DNA of 64,000 nt, from the NCBI GenBank assembly GCA_964188305.1, contig OZ076893.1. One strand, written 5' to 3'. Position numbers and translations under genes: made by a program. Below, piece after piece: positions 48,204 to 61,800 of the stretch. Below the pieces are notes generated by a model. The model did no database searches. It was not told the origin of the DNA and saw nothing but the letters and a program-made list of their open reading frames with translations. Each line of letters begins with the position of its first letter. Position 1 is the stretch's first letter. The DNA is from Podarcis bocagei. Taxonomy: Eukaryota.

Positions 48204-48715
48204 AAACTTTTGAAATTCCCATCCTCTAGGTCAAGCCCACCCCCAGAAACATCATGCATACATTACAGAAGGGGTTGACATCATGCATACATTACAGAAA
48301 GGAGGGGTTGAGGGAGGAGTTGTGGTGGTAACCTGAGTGTCCTGTCACCTGGCTTTCCCCCTCCCCATGAGTCACTTCCAGGAGACAAAGGGGAGTTTGC
48401 AGTTTCCTGCCCCCAGAGGGAAGATCTGATCATTGTCCTTTGTTTCAGTCCATGCTGAATCCACTCCCATATGCAAGTTCTTTGTGATCTTGATTGTCTT
48501 CTGTCTGGGATCATCAGGGTTGGCATAGCAGCTGGGCAGGGCTCCTGTGGATGTGCTGGGATGGTGAAGGGATTATGGCTGACTAGAACCAAGCCACCCC
48601 CCTTTGATAGTCCTTGCCATATGGAGTAAAATAAAAATGGAACAGTGCAAATCCGATGTATGGTTGATTTTTCTGGGGGTGGGCTTGACCTAGAGGATGG
48701 GAGTTTCAAAAGTTT
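48204..48715. mobile_element. Unclassified about 510-bp element with 46-bp terminal inverted repeats
   Basis: 48204-48249 pairs with 48670-48715 with one mismatch. Confidence 0.6.
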
Positions 48716-48720
48716 ATTAT

Positions 48721-48873
48721 CATAGCTGTCAGCCTTCCCTTTTTTGCGGGAAATTCCCTTATTCCAGCGCCATTTCCCGCTGCGATCCCGGATTGTTAGA
48801 TATCCCGTAGACTGTCCCCGGGACAGGTGAGGCTGTTGATCCCTTATTTTCAAATCTGAAAGTTGACAGCTAT
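48721..48873. mobile_element. Small TIR element (hAT-like)
   Basis: CATAGCTGTCA / TGACAGCTATG. Confidence 0.6.
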
Positions 48874-49399
48874 GTTTGTTTGTTTGTTTGTTTGTTTGTT
48901 TATGTTGCAATACATATGTGAAATCTTTACATAATGATACATATACATTATATTCGTAAATTCACATTTTCACATTTCATTATGTACTAACATTTATCCA
49001 TTTCTTATTTCTTGCCCTGTGTCTTCCTTCCACCCATGCGTGACTTCCTTATTATTATTTTATAACTTTATTACTGAGATTGTATTCTTGTATCTCAATA
49101 ATGAAACATTCAGCCTTATATATCTGCTTAGCTTAACTTAACTTTGTGAAATCGTTCTATACATACTAGCAAGTGATATTATTATTATTATCATTTAAAA
49201 AAATTATACACCGCCATACACCTGCAACTCTCCAGGCGGTTCACAGGATAAAATCAGAATATATAAACGAAGAATGCATACATTTAAATCGGTTTCGACC
49301 ACAAAGAGGAGGAAGAATGAGAACCCAAGACAACCTTGCAGCTAAACAATAAAAGCAAACTTTAAAGCCTCCTGAATCTAACCCCACAGCCTTGGCCGT

Positions 49400-49870
49400 T
49401 AACACCTGAACCGGCCCACCTGCTCCCAACGCCTCCCAAGCCCAGTTTCTGCCTGTGAGGGTGGAAAAGAAACCACAACTCCCGGCATGCAACGGGGATG
49501 GATTGGCCCGTCCTGAGAAGGAAGCGGAGGGGGGTCGAGAGATAGAAGCCTCACCTGCCTTTTGGCATTCGGGAACCCTCAAAGAAGGGGAGGGAGGCCT
49601 AAACCCCCCCGCGGCGGGATTTTGGTGCCTTCCGAAGTAGGCGGGGCCACGGAAGGCGAGCGGCGGTTGGCGCGGGGCGGGGCCAGGGCGGTTGGAACCT
49701 TTTCGAGCGGGAGGCGGCGGCGGCGGCTTCGCCTCAGTTCCTCGTCAGGATGCAGAGCTCGGACCTGGGGAGCCGGGAGGACGGGAAGATTTGGCACCGC
49801 AAGCCCTCCCCGGCCACGCAGCAGGGGTAAACCGTGCGGGGAAACTGGCTTTAGGGGGGTTGGGGGGGGA
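49400..49870 (+). promoter_or_regulatory. TBC1D31 CpG-island promoter
   Basis: CpG rich, several GC boxes, ZNF143-like ACCACAACTCCCGGCATGC at 49472-49490, just upstream of the ATG at 49750. Confidence 0.75.
49750..49826 (+). CDS. TBC1D31: TBC1D31 exon 1
   Basis: MQSSDLGSREDGKIWHRKPSPATQQ; donor GG|gtaaac; CpG island. Confidence 0.9.
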
Positions 49871-52800
49871 CTCTGTCCTTGGGTGTCATCAGTGGAGCTC
49901 CCATGTCCAAGAGCAGGCTACCCTTTCGGTTCCAATGCAGTCCCTACTGAATTGGCCTTTCCTTCTTCTTTAAAATAATTTTTAATTAATTTTCAGCATA
50001 TCATTTTCCACAGTGATAAAACATATACAGTGGTACCTCGGGTTACATACGCTTCAGGTTACAGACGCTTCAGGTTACTGACTCCGCTAACCCAGAAATA
50101 GTACCTCGGGTTAAGAACTTTGCTTCAGGATGAGAACAGAAATTGGCCTCTGGTGGCGCAGCGGCAGCAGGAGGCTCCATTAGCTAAAGTGGTGCTTCAG
50201 GTTAAGAACAGTTTCAGGTTAAGAACGGACCTCCAGAACGAATTAAGTACTTAACCCGAGGTACCACTGTATTGACATCTTATACACATTTTTTTTATTT
50301 CCAAAAAACGAACATCACGGCCACTGGTCCCATCACCTCCTGGCAAATAGAAGGGGAAGAAATGGAGGCAGTGAGAGATTTTACTTTCTTGGGCTCCATG
50401 ATCACTGCAGATGGTGACAGCAGTCACAAAATTAAAAGACGCCTGCTTCTTGGGAGAAAAGCGATGACAAACCTAGACAGCATCTTAAAAAGCAGGGTAG
50501 GGGAAGGTGCTCTCACCACTTCTTAACACCATTCTGTTGACATCTTCTTGTTTTCAGAGTCATCGTAAATATTATTCACAGTGCCACAGGCTATCATTCC
50601 AAGACCATTCGCTTTTTGAATGTGGCTTTTGACAGTTCCGGAGATGCACTGCTTTCTGGAGATCATCAAGGGAATATCTATGTTTTTGACTTGGTGGGCA
50701 ACAGGCAAGTGCCGCTTCTTTGTCTCTGATCTTTTGATGTGCTCTGATTAAAACTATATAAACCGTGGGTCAGTAGAGGGATACATACACTAGCACAGTT
50801 TTAAGCATGAAGTAGAGAGGTGAGCTCTTTCTAGATTACCCCTCCTGGCCCTAGTAAGTTCCTATCCAGTTGTATACCCACAAAACTGGGCTGATTTCTC
50901 CGTAACTCTAAAACATAGTTTAGTATTGCAAAAACAAGCTTAATGAAGCCTTATCTCAAACACTGCCCACCCTGTTGCCAAGAACAGACGCAAATAGCAG
51001 TTTGGAAGCTTTTGCTTCTGGTTTTTGCTAACCATGGTTTATTGTGTCGTTTCAACCTCACAAACTTTGGTTGATTTTAACAACTGTTATTTTGGCTACT
51101 ATATAGCCTGTGATATAATCACAAAGGCTGTATTGAGGCATGTGTCTTACCAACAATCACTCTTTGATTTATGGCTGCAATGCGTTTTCCTTGTCTTCTG
51201 AAGTAATAATTTTGATTTGTACAAATAGGTTCAAACTGGTGCAACGAACAATGCAAGCTTGTACTGCTCTGGCGTTTAATCTCCGCAGGAAAACAGAATT
51301 CCTTGTGGCTTTGGCTGATTATTCCATTAAATGCTTCGACACAGGTACTGAGCACGGTTAACAAAACCTGTGTTCCTTCTATATGACTGCTTCTCAGTGT
51401 CTATTTCATCTCGTGTGTGATGATAAAACTAGAGCTGCGGTTTTCAACTTCTTTTTCTCTCCGAAAATTCAAAACACTTGTAAATTGTTGAGGATCTTGG
51501 TGGACCACTTAATGGCTTTTCTGCCTGTTGTAGCAGTTGTAATGTGGTGATCTAGATGCTGTGTGGTTTTTAGTTGTTTTATTTTAAAAACAACAATCAT
51601 ACAGCAGTTAAAAAGCAATATTAATGTTTAATGCAAGAGGTGTCCCATCTCTTGTCTTCAGTCACAAATCCTCTAATACACCATGGACTACCAGAATGAC
51701 CCTCGTAGACCACTGGAGGTCCATGGACTAGTTTAGAAACCTCAGAACTGGAGTATTATTATCTTTGATCAAACCAGGAGTACGGAACCCTTTTCATCCT
51801 GAGGGCAGGATCCAGAACTGACCCAACCCCCACTGCTCTCCTTTTTAAAACAACAACACATTTTTATTAATAAGCCGAAGATAAAGAACATAACAAAATA
51901 TGTGCTATGATAGTATTTCCACTGGTCGTTTTTGACACCGGGGGGGGCACCCGCTTATCATCTGACAGGTGATTTAACTTTCAGGCTGGAAGTGAATCTG
52001 GGTGGAAACGCTGTCTTTGAACCATCTCTGCCAGAGTCAACTCTCATATGGCTTCCCCTGTTTGCACCGGACACCGCTGAGACTTCCCCCAGAAGCTTGA
52101 ATTAGACTGTGTGCTAGAAGGTCCCACCACGGTCTTATCTCTTTGCTCTTCTTCTTTCCTTAGATACCAAAGAACTTGTTAGTTGGATGAGAGGACATGA
52201 ATCTTCGGTGTCCTCCATCTCCGTTCATGGTTCCGGTAGATATGCCATCACGTCATCTACTGACACAGCCCAGCTTTGGGATCTCGACACTTTTCAGAGG
52301 AAAAGAAAGCTGCAAGTCCGGCAGTCTGTGGGCATTCAGAAGGTCAGTCCAAAGAAACATTTCCTTTGCCCAGGTTGCCAACCTTTTTGACACTTTCAGG
52401 GAGGCTTAGACAGTACCACATGGCCCGCTCCAGCCATTGTTGCGAAGTATTTGCTTTCAGTGATCACTTCCTGCATTTACTCCTTTTGCCAGAGCTTGGT
52501 TGTGCCGCACAAACTCAAGCCTGACTTCCCCCATTTCCCAGGTTCTCCTGGAGTCCTAGTGCTCTGGTACCTCAAAGCTCATGTGGTCCTATCCCATTAC
52601 AGAAGTGTAAGAGATTAAACAGTTGAAATCTGGAAGCGCATATTTTAGAATTCTGTACCTTGGAGGTATTTCCTGCTCAATGCAAGGACTCTTTCCAAGT
52701 CTTCCTCCCTGTGATTTCAGGTTTTCTTTCTTCCACTAAGTAACACCATCCTCAGCTGCTTTAAAGATAACTCTATCTTTGCTTGGGAGTTTGATACCCT

Positions 52801-55800
52801 TCGCTGCAAGTTTCAGCTGCCTTCGCCCGTTGAAGGATCTTCGTTGAGCTACAAAGTTTTTGCTGTTGCAAGGTAATTCACACTCTGCAACCATGCAGAG
52901 GTCCTTCTAGGTAATGCTGAGTTATGGTTAGATTTTCTGGCATCCATGTGTCTTGAGAGACAATAGATTGCACCTTTGGTGGTGAAGTCAAATTGTTGGA
53001 AGGTTACAGTTCATACTATGGCTGTAGAGACTGATATGGGAAAGACCTGTTTTACTGCAGCTGGGGCAGATGAAGGCATCTAGTTTTTCTGCTACAGGTG
53101 TACCATGGGGTTTCTTCTCTCTGCACTCCTCCCAGCAGTCATTTCTCCTCTGGTCAATGTCTCATCCCTTTTGACTTATTTTTCCTTTGCTGTTGGGCAG
53201 AGGTGCTTTCCTCCAATCAGCTAGCAGAGCCAGGTTTTTTTTACTGAGTCAGACTGTTGGTCCACTTGGCTTGGTATCAGCTGCCCAGACTAGCAGTGGT
53301 TATCCAGACAGTCAAGTGGGAGACATGCACACCTTCTGGATGCAAAGCAGATGTTCTACCACTGCACTTCAGATGTTCTACCCTTCCCCTCCATTCACGT
53401 CAACTATGTCTTGTTTTGGGGTGCAGAGACGGCCGTGTCCTTGCAGCGGGGGGCAAATCAAACCACCTTCACTTGTGGTGCTTGGAGTCCAAGCAGCTGC
53501 TTCGGATCATCCAGATGCCCACCAAAGTGCGAGCCGTTCGCCACCTCGAATTCCTCCCAGACAGCTTTGACGGTGGTTCTAATCAGGTGGGTGGCAGAGT
53601 TCGAAACAGAATGGTGTTCACTAAGCTCCTGATAGCTGGCACATACTGTATTTTTCCGTGTATAAGACGCCCCCATGTATAAGACAACCCCATATTTTTT
53701 AAACCCTGCTTGCTGCTGCCATTAATTGAACGTCTCCACTCTGTATTCACTATATGTGTATAAGACGACACCCAATTTTTGACTAATTTTTTGTTTAGCA
53801 AAGGGTTACAGACGCTTCAGGTTACACGTTTTCGGGTTGCGCACCCAAGCTTCAAAGCCAGGGCACACTATATCAGCAGAGTGAACTGCACACACAGAAT
53901 AGGCGTGAGGCTTGTGGAAGCATACAACAACTATGGATTTATTAATCATAAATCAGGACAAAGAAACATGTTCTCTCTCTCTTTGTCTTCTCAGAGAGAT
54001 GGGGAAAAGCAAAGGCTATACACACAACTGTGCTGGAATGTAAACAAACATGAGACACGCAACAGTTCCATGTCTGCATATTTTTTTTAAAAAAAACCTG
54101 TTGCATTAGAGTCTGCATATGTAAATGAAAACCATTTTCCTGCCTGCAGAATATTACTGCATAATCTTACACATGCCTGCCCAGGTAGAAGTCCTACTTA
54201 GGATCACAGCGTTGTTATGTCTGTTTGCTTAATAAAGCAAATTAAGCTCTTTGTCCGTTCCACATTAGCTCTCTTACACCCTCTTCTTTGCCCTCTAGGT
54301 TCTTGGAGTGCTGAGTCAAGATAACATCATGAGAGTCATCAACATAAGGACATGCAAGCTACTCTTTGATGTCGGCAGCCATGAGGAGGGAATCAGCCTT
54401 GTTGCAGTGAGCCCTAATGGGAGGTACATTGCAGCAGTCATGGAGAACGGCAGCCTTAACATATATAGTGTCCAGGCACTGACAAAAGAAGTAAACAAGG
54501 TACATCAGAAGAATCCTTTTGAATCAGACCAAAGGCCCATGCAGTGCATCATTCTGTTCTGACGGATTTCTTTAGGAAGTCCCTGCCGGCTGTTGCTTTG
54601 GGCCTGCAACTGAATGTGTTTTCCTCTGGTCCGAGTTGCTTCCAGTTCCAATGCTCTGCTGTGGAAGAGCTATGGCTTCAGTGCGGGAGGAGGGGATTGC
54701 AATGGAAAATCAATGCGCAGGTGACCCTTCCTCCCAACCAGTCCCCCCCGCCCCCTGCAAGCAACACCTCATGTGTGTTACTTTAGCAAATATACATCTC
54801 AGAGTTCTGATTTCAAACCAGGTGAATTCACCCTGGAGGATAATGGCTTTGACTTGATTTATAATTTAAGGTGGGTTGGAAACTACTTGATTTAGTCTGC
54901 ACATCGATATAACCTTGGGTTACATTCGCTTCAGGTTACAGACACTTCAGGTTACAGACTCCACTAACCCAGAAATGATACCTCAGGTTAAAAACTTTGC
55001 TTCAGGGTGAGAACAGAAATCGTGCTCCGGTGGTGCGGCAGCAGCAGGAGGCCCCATTAGCTAAAGTGGTGCTTCAGGTTAAGAACGGACCTCCGAAATG
55101 AATTAAGTACTTAACCCGAGTTACTACTGTATGCCATTCTAATGAATCGAGGGGGGAAATATCTACCTTAAAAGCTTAAAAATGATCAACCCAGATTTGA
55201 GTCTTTGGAAAACTGCCTTATCCACTAATGCCTCTTGTGAGTTATAGGGCAGAATTTAGACAGGCTTCTAGAATTACATTTCTTACTCTACATTTCTTAC
55301 TTAGCAGCATATTGGTTTGTATTTAGGCAGTGATCAGGATTATTTAGATTTTTAGCTGGGTTTTACAGAATACATTCTATATTCTGGCATTGAAAGGTTT
55401 TTAATGGATCTCCTTCCTGAATTTTCAGCCTCCCCCACCTCTGTTTAAAGTGATTGAAGAGTCGTCCAAAAGCAAATTTGACACTGCCAAGCTGACAGTG
55501 AGAGTAACACCCGGCATCTCAGAGAGACCCTGGCAATCGAAAAGGGGAAAGATCCAAACCAAAATGTTAAAAGCACAGCCAGATGTGTCACATGAGGATA
55601 AAGAGGTAAGAACCTTTGACAGGGCCAAGATCTGATTCCTGAAGTAGAAAATCCACACACACTACCGTGAGTTTCTTAGGGTGGAATTAATAAATAAAAT
55701 AATAAGAAATAGAAGGTTGCCACTACTGCGACTGACTGTATGGAACAGCCTTCCCTACCATTGATGCCCTCTAGATGTGCTGTTGTTTTCCTAAACTACG

Positions 55801-58800
55801 ACTCACATCTTCCCTGACTATTGGCCATGCTGGTTGGGGCCAATGTGAGTTGGAGTCCAACATCTGGAGGCCACCAGGGTTGAGGAGCCTAGTATAAATC
55901 TTCCTCCTTGGAAATAGCGCACCCAGGGTTCAAATTTCTGCTACGACCACTAAGGGATGCAGGTGGCACTGTGGGTTAAACCACAGAGCCTAGGACTTGC
56001 CGATCAGAAGGTTGGTGGTTCGAATCCCCGCGACGGGGTGAGCTCCCATTGCTCAGTCCCCGCTCCTGTCAACCTAGCAGTTCGAAAGCACGTCAAAGTG
56101 CAAGTAGATAAATAGGTACCGCTCCGGCAGGAAGGTAAACGGTGTTTCCGTGTGCTGCTCTGGTTCGCCAGAAGTGGCTTAGTCATGCTGGCCACATGAC
56201 CCGGAAGCTGTACGCCGGCTCCCTCAGCCAATAAAGCAAGATGAGCGTCACAACCCCAGAGTTGGCCACAACTGGACCTAATGGTCAGGGGTCCCTTTAC
56301 CTTTACTTTACGACCACTAAAGCCAAGGCAGGATCTCCTCCCCAATATGTTTCTGAGCTAAAAAAAATTGGAAGATACATGTTTCATTCCACATTTTATT
56401 CCTTCCCAGTTCCCAGCTCTTTCTCCCTTACAACTTGGCCAAGATGAGTTTTGCCAGAGAGATGCAAACATCCCAGTCTGGGAATACCCCTCTTGCCAAA
56501 CATCTGGTGATTTTGCACGGTTGACTCAAAAGTTGTGCCTCACAGGGTGGCCGCTCTACGGCAGCACCCAGCTGGTTTTGAAAAGCAATAGATGGCATTT
56601 CAAGGTGCAAAGGACAGAAAAGAAGGGCAGCTTGGTCATAATGAGGACCCACAGTAGAGACTGCAAGGTGCAGAATTCAAAACAGAGGAAAGAGGTTAGA
56701 GAGGAGAGACAGGAAGGACGGGAAAAGGCCATCTCGGTGCAAGAAGTAATTTGTGGCTCCTGTTCCAGAATGAGCTGCCCGATGGATTGAACAAGAAGCG
56801 GCTGCGAACCTTGCTGAAAGGATTTGGGGAGTATCCTGCAAAATACAGGTGCGTGGGGTGCAAACCTGGTGTCTTTCCTTCTACCAGAAGCAGAGCCACT
56901 ACACCAGCCCCATAGCAGGGGGGTTGCTGCTGCTTACTGCAAGTGCGAGGCAGCGGGGAAGCCTGTGTGGTGCATATGTTCTGGTGGAGACACTCCTGCC
57001 ATTGCATTTGCACCCTGCTGACCTCTCCGCTGCCTCATCCTTTGCAGTAAGCAACTGTGACTACACCTGTTGGGAAGCTAGCATTGTGGCTCTGCCACTT
57101 CTGCACAAACTGGCCTGTGTCTGCAAATCTCCCTTGTCGTTACAGAATGTTTGTTTGGCGGTCCTTACTTCATCTCCCAGAAAACCACTTGGCCTTTAGC
57201 AGCCTGTTGGATAAAGGGACCCATTCAGCCTTTGTGCACCTTCAGAATGAATACCCTATTAAAAGCAGGAAACTCTTGAGAGTCCTACAAAGGTAAATAT
57301 GGACATGTTTTCAGGTGGGAAGGAAGGGAAGATGAGCCCCAGCTAGCTCAGCCACACTGACTAGAGCTGATGGGAGTTACACTCCAAACCATCCGAAGGG
57401 CGCCAGCTTAGTTAAGGCTGATTTTAACTCTTCACTAAATGAGATTCTTCTTGGCCAACTTTTCTCTGAGCACCTGTTTCTTCTGTCCATTCACAGGACC
57501 TTATCTGCTCTAGCTCACTGGTCCGCCATCTTTGGCGAGATGCCCTACGTCCCTCTATTGGCCTTCCCTTTTGTCAAACTCTTCCAGAACAATCAGCTCA
57601 TCTGCTTTGAAGTGGTTGCTACTGTAATAGGTAAGGCAGGAGTGCTCTTGAATGATGACACACTTCCTATACTGTGGGCTGTCTTTGAATAATTATATGT
57701 TGGTTCCGTTAAGCCAGGGTTTCCCAGACTTGAGTCTCCAGCTGTTTTTAGACTACAACTCCCATCATCCATGACCAGCAGGTCTAGTGGTCAGGGATGA
57801 TGGGTATTGTAGTCCAAAAACAGCCGGAGACACAAGTTTGGGAAACGCTGCAATTAAGCCAAGCTACGATTGTCCAAGCACAGGCACTCCCTTCCAAGAG
57901 ACCGCTTGCAAATAGCAGAGAGCTGTGAATTGCTGGCGCAGCTATGGAGTCCAGCATCCACTCGATTTCCACAGTAAAGAATGTGAGTCCATTAAAGGGG
58001 GAAATTGTTTACCAGCTAGCAAAATGCCCCTTGTTGTGATGGCTGGTGTGCTGAGGACTTCTGTGGGATGTGCAGCATACCTCTGTGTGCCCCGAACACA
58101 GGCACATTCAACCCCCAAGAGCCCCTCTGTCAATAAGGGTTGGGCTACCGAATATTAGGAATGGGTGGGAAAGGTTTTGCACTGCTCAGAAGTGTCCCCA
58201 ATCACAGCATGCAGCTTTTCCCAATAAGATTGAATGACGTCTATTCACATGCTAGCAGGAGCTGCATCAAAATGTCACAGCATGTAATGCTGTCATTGAA
58301 AAATGTCAAATGGGAGGCACATTTGGGAGAAAGATTCAATATCACTGCCCCCTTGTTGCACCCACCAACTTTTCAAACATGAGTTAGTCATTCGTGGGAC
58401 CAAAACTGCAGGCGAATTTGCATTTGTGTGCTGCTGTTAGTGCAATGAGCTGTTTCTGTTTCTTTTCTTTTTAGTTAATTGGTGTCAGCACTGGTTCGAG
58501 TTTTTCCCCAACCCTCCAGTCAACATCCTCGGCATGGTGGAAAACATATTGGCACACCATGACAAAGAGCTGCTTCAGCATTTCATGAGCTACAATATAA
58601 CATCACAGGTTAAAAATAAATACATATTCAACCTTCGCATGGAACAATATTAGCATGAGATTGTTCAATGTGTTGTGCTTAGGTGACCATTAATTGTCTT
58701 TGCCACCTGACACCAGGTTTACGCCTGGCCTCTTCTGGAAACCATGTTCTCGGAGGTTCTGACAAGGGAGGAATGGCTGAAAATGTTCGATAACATCTTC

Positions 58801-61800
58801 TCCAACCACCCTTCCTACTTTCTGATGGTGGTTGCTGCTTACATCATCTCTTCCAGAGCTCCTTTGCTTCACTGCAATCAGAAGGAAGACTTTGAGGTGA
58901 GCATCTTGCTGCTGGGCCGGCGTGTCTATTCATGGGGCCTAACTATTCGCTTGGGAGCCTAGATCTTACTGCACGACCCAGTCCACACTAGTAGATAACT
59001 AAGCTCTATATCAGGTTGACTAACCTGTGACCCTCAAGATGTTGTTGAACTACAGTTACTATAATCTCTAGCCAATGGTCATGCTGGTTGGAGTTGATTG
59101 GAGGCATAGTGGAGCAACATCTGGAGTAGGGAATGTGGGAGGAATCCACCAAATTGGTACTCAAAAGCATACTTGCCTGACTCGATCTGGGTGGATCACA
59201 ACCTGTATCAGATCGTGGATCCACTTCACAATCTGCAGTCTTGCCATAGTCTTTACAAGGTAGGCTGACGGCTGCAGCACTGCCTCTGTTCTGATAAAAG
59301 GTATTTCTCACATTTTTCAAAAATGAGGTCGCCCAGCCACTCCCAGACTGTAGATAGGCAGATAAACTGTTTTTATAACCTCCTAAAAGGCAAGAAGGGA
59401 CGCGGGTGGCGCTGTGGTCTAAACCACTGAGCCTAGGGCTTGCCGGTTGGAAGGTCAGTGGTTCGAATCCCCACAACGGGGTGAGCTCCCGTTGCTCTGT
59501 CCCAGCTCCTGCCCACCTAGCAGTTCGAAAGCACGTCAGAGTACAAATAGATAAATAGGTACCACTCCAGCGGGAAGATAAACGGTGTTTCCGTGCACTG
59601 CTCTGGTTTCACCAGAAGCGGCTTAGTCATGGTGGCCACATGACCTGGAAAAACTGTCTGCGGACAAATGTCGGCTCCCTTGGCCAGTAAAGCGAGATGA
59701 GCGCCGCAACCCCAGAGTCGTTTGCGACTGGACTTAACTGGCTGGGGTCCTTTACCTCTTAAAAGGCAATAAATAGCTCTGCAGCCCTCAGACCATTATA
59801 TAAGCCCTATTTGTTCTTTCTTAGTTGCCTTTATGTTTCTGTGCAGATTTCTTAAGGATTTTCCTTTCAGAATCTGCTCAGCATTGGTGTGGAACAGGCT
59901 CGGTCCCCTCACCAGGCAGAACTGGGACAGACCAGATCCTAATTTGTCTACCCATCCCTTATCTGGAGAGACCCAGGTTAACCACCCTGGCTCTCAACCG
60001 GCATTCTTCAGCCTTGGGTCCCCAGATGTTGTAGGGCTAAAACTCCCATCATCCCCAGCCAGCTTAGTCCAGCGGTCAGGGATAATGGGAGTTGTAGTCT
60101 AACAATATCTGAGTACCGAGGGCTGAAGATCACTGCTCTAGGTGAAAGTCAGTGCCCCTTGGCATGAAGGGGGACCCAACTGACAGCAAATCCCGAGCAG
60201 AGGAGGTGTCACCTCTTACCCTGTTATTCGCGTCATTGACAGAAGATGGTAGCCCTGGAGGAAGGATTGAAATCTGCTAGCTAAATGTAAATGAGAAGAA
60301 CAGGACCCCACGTGGTGACTCTTTTGAGAGGGAAAGATGTTGCAGTTTCCCCCTCCCCCTCTTCTGTTGATTTGCACCCTCATGCATCACTTAAAGGCAT
60401 GGGACAGGGCCTTTGTGAGGGAAAACAGGAAATTTATTGGGACAGTGTGACTTTTGCAGCTGCAAAACAGTGAACCAGGGACGGAGTAATGGAGAACTTC
60501 TGAAACAACAATGGGACACAAACGCCACCCAGGGCATGCTGGAGAACAGCAACAACTGACAGAAGATAGATATATTACAAGGACAGGAAGAAACACTACG
60601 GACAAAATAATTGTCACACACAGGAAAGAGAGAGTTTGAATGCTTCATCTGTAGGCGTAGAAATCCTTTAACGTGTCAATACGAATGGAAGTCGTTGAAA
60701 CGGCAGTTGCGATATAAGGGATTGGTATTTTGACTGCAGCGTAATTGAAATTTGTAAGATTTTGGAACGCAGAAACAAAATAAATCATCAAACCATCAAT
60801 TCTAGCACGCACGGGGGGGGGGCAACAAAATTGTATAATTTCTTAATGCCTTTGGTGCAGGTTCTGTCAGGTTCAAGGCAGGGAGACCTTTGGCCCTCCA
60901 GATGTTGTTGGACTCCATCTCCCATCAGCCTTGTTGACAGTTGGGGATGATGGGAGTTGTAGTTCAGCAGCGCCTGGAGGACTGAGGTCCAGTTGCCATA
61001 ACCTCAGGAAAGTTGAGCCAGCTCTGAATAGGATCCTCCCCATATTTATTTCTGTCCTAAACCAAAGGCCACCTTCGTTGCAGTATTTCTTCCACCATCG
61101 GAACAACCTCGACGTCGGCGCCGTGCTGAAAGAGGCCTACCACCTCATGGAATGCACCCCGGCCGACATCCACCCGCGCCGCATGCTGGAGGACTTTGTG
61201 CCGCTGACCAAGGGCCAGTACCCCGTCTTTAACAAGTACCCCAAATTCATTGTGGATTACCAGGCTCAGGAGCGAGAGCGAATCCGACAGGATGAGATTG
61301 AGTACCTGAGAGAGAGGTATGGAACGGGTGGCAGCGGGGAATTAGTTGGGCGGCCTGTTTCGCAGATCTGATGGAAGGATGACTGGCAGCTTAGGGGGAA
61401 TGCGAAACTGGACTGCCCTTCAAGAGGGCAGTCTAGCCCAATCTTGTAAAGCAGGACTTGGACCATCTTGGTTGGAGATCAGTTGCATTAGAAGATGCTG
61501 CGGTCCTACAGTGGTACCTCCGGTTACGAACTTACTGTATTTTTCCGTGTATAAGACTAGGTTTCTTCCCTTTAAAATGTGGGGGCGTCTTATACACGGA
61601 GGCCATCTCCCCCCATTTTCTTAAACTGAAGTCCCCCAAAATAGGGGGCGTCTTATACCGGGGGGGGGGGAGCTCTTATAGATGGAAAAATACAGTAATT
61701 CATTCCGGAGCTCCGTTCTTAAGCCGAAACCGTTCTTAACATGAGACGCGCTTTCGCTAATGGCGCCTCCTGCCGCCAGCGTGCGACTTCCGCTCGCGTC

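Noticed and set aside
56004-56345. Recurrent ORFs ending WELTPSRGFEPPTF
   Set aside because: Antisense translation of Sauria SINE copies
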